Positions 63,141 to 64,000 of a stretch of DNA of 64,000 nt are shown here, one piece after another (position 1 is the stretch's first letter; the number at the start of each line of letters is the position of its first letter). This DNA is from Scyliorhinus canicula (lineage: Eukaryota), in contig NC_052149.1 in NCBI RefSeq assembly GCF_902713615.1, positions 125,925,256 through 125,989,255 on the forward strand, in the 5' to 3' direction. A program made the position numbers and the translations under genes. The notes under the pieces were generated by a model. It was given only the letters and a program-made list of their open reading frames with translations, was not told the DNA's origin and made no database searches.

Positions 63141-64000
63141 ATGACCAACTCTTCAGTTTCGCTGACATTGAGGGAGAGATTGTTGTCATTGCACCAGTCC
63201 ACGAGGTTCTCTATCTCCCTCCTGTACTCTGACTCATCACTGTTCAAGATCCGACCCACTATGGTTGTGTCATCAGCAAACCTGGACATGGAGTTGGAGC
63301 CAAACTTTGCCACGCAGTCGTGTGTGTATAGGAAATATAGTAGGGGGCTAGGTACGCAGCTTTAGAGGGCCCAGGTATTGAGGACAATCGTGCAGCCCCC
63401 CCAACCCCCACCAGCAGTAGAACCGGCATCGAAGAGGTGGCGCCTCTCCGGGTCCGAACCCCTCTCTCTCCCTCATCGGCCACGATGCCTGTTTCACGAT
63501 TGTTAAAAGCACAAGTGAACCTCGCAGTCGGGAACTCCCCCCGATGGAGGCGGAGAATCGCGGAGTCCTGGAGAATACCGGGTCAGGCACGCTGATATGC
63601 CAATGCCATTTTCTCTAAGTGAGGAATGGAACACAATGACGCTGCTGTCGAGGCCCTGGAGAATTGCCATTTTGTGTGAAACCGGCGCGCGCCATGATTT
63701 CAGAGTCAAAACAGATTCCCCACCGAATTGCATTTTGCGATTTTGGTGTTGGCCGACAGAGAAACCCGCCCAACATCTGTCCTTCCTGCAGTAACTGACT
63801 GCTTAACTAATAATGCAATGCCTCCTCCTCATTTACCCCCGCCCCTGTCTCGCCTGAAGATTTTATATCAGCTGCCAATCCTGCCCCTCCCTCAACCACA
63901 TCTCCGTGATGGCAACTATATCACAATTCCACTGGCTGGATTCTCCGCCGGCGGATGCTTCATTTTGCCGGCAGCCCGGAGGTTTCCCAACGGTGTGGGG

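Larger units (their letters stand above)
61850..63360 (-). mobile_element. Rex1/Babar-like LINE 3' fragment with nested insertions
   Basis: RFADDTTIVG, FKFLGVHI, KKAQQ.LY.LR, HPAYSLF.LLPS.RRY motifs. Confidence 0.75.

Overview
Vertebrate genomic DNA, almost certainly from a shark or other elasmobranch: it has the cartilaginous-fish cluster organisation of Ig genes and HE1-like V-SINEs. The window holds two complete, unrearranged, apparently intact kappa-type (NS4-like) Ig light-chain clusters, each leader-V-12RSS / 23RSS-J-C, arranged head-to-head. Cluster 1 is on the minus strand (7919->1513) and cluster 2 on the plus strand (45897->51515). They lie in the arms of a large inverted duplication (~472-22931 versus ~39349-53099). 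A 500-N assembly gap (30589-31088) sits almost at its axis, so the orientation needs confirming. Arm identity is patchy: ~98-99% over promoter/leader/FR1, J, C and one upstream non-coding block carrying a perfect Ets-IRF composite element; ~89% over the rest of V; roughly 75-85% (estimated by eye) in neutral DNA. The remainder is nested transposons and tandem arrays: a full-length Gypsy element whose primer-binding position is complementary to its own LTR, an L1, CR1/L2/Rex1 LINEs, an ERV pol/env remnant, solo LTRs, GC-rich Harbinger-like MITEs, a decayed Harbinger whose catalytic-motif codons have expanded into a ~5.1 kb 48-bp satellite, and a Penelope-type palindrome with a minimal hammerhead ribozyme. 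All alignments and counts were done by eye; TE family names are motif-based.
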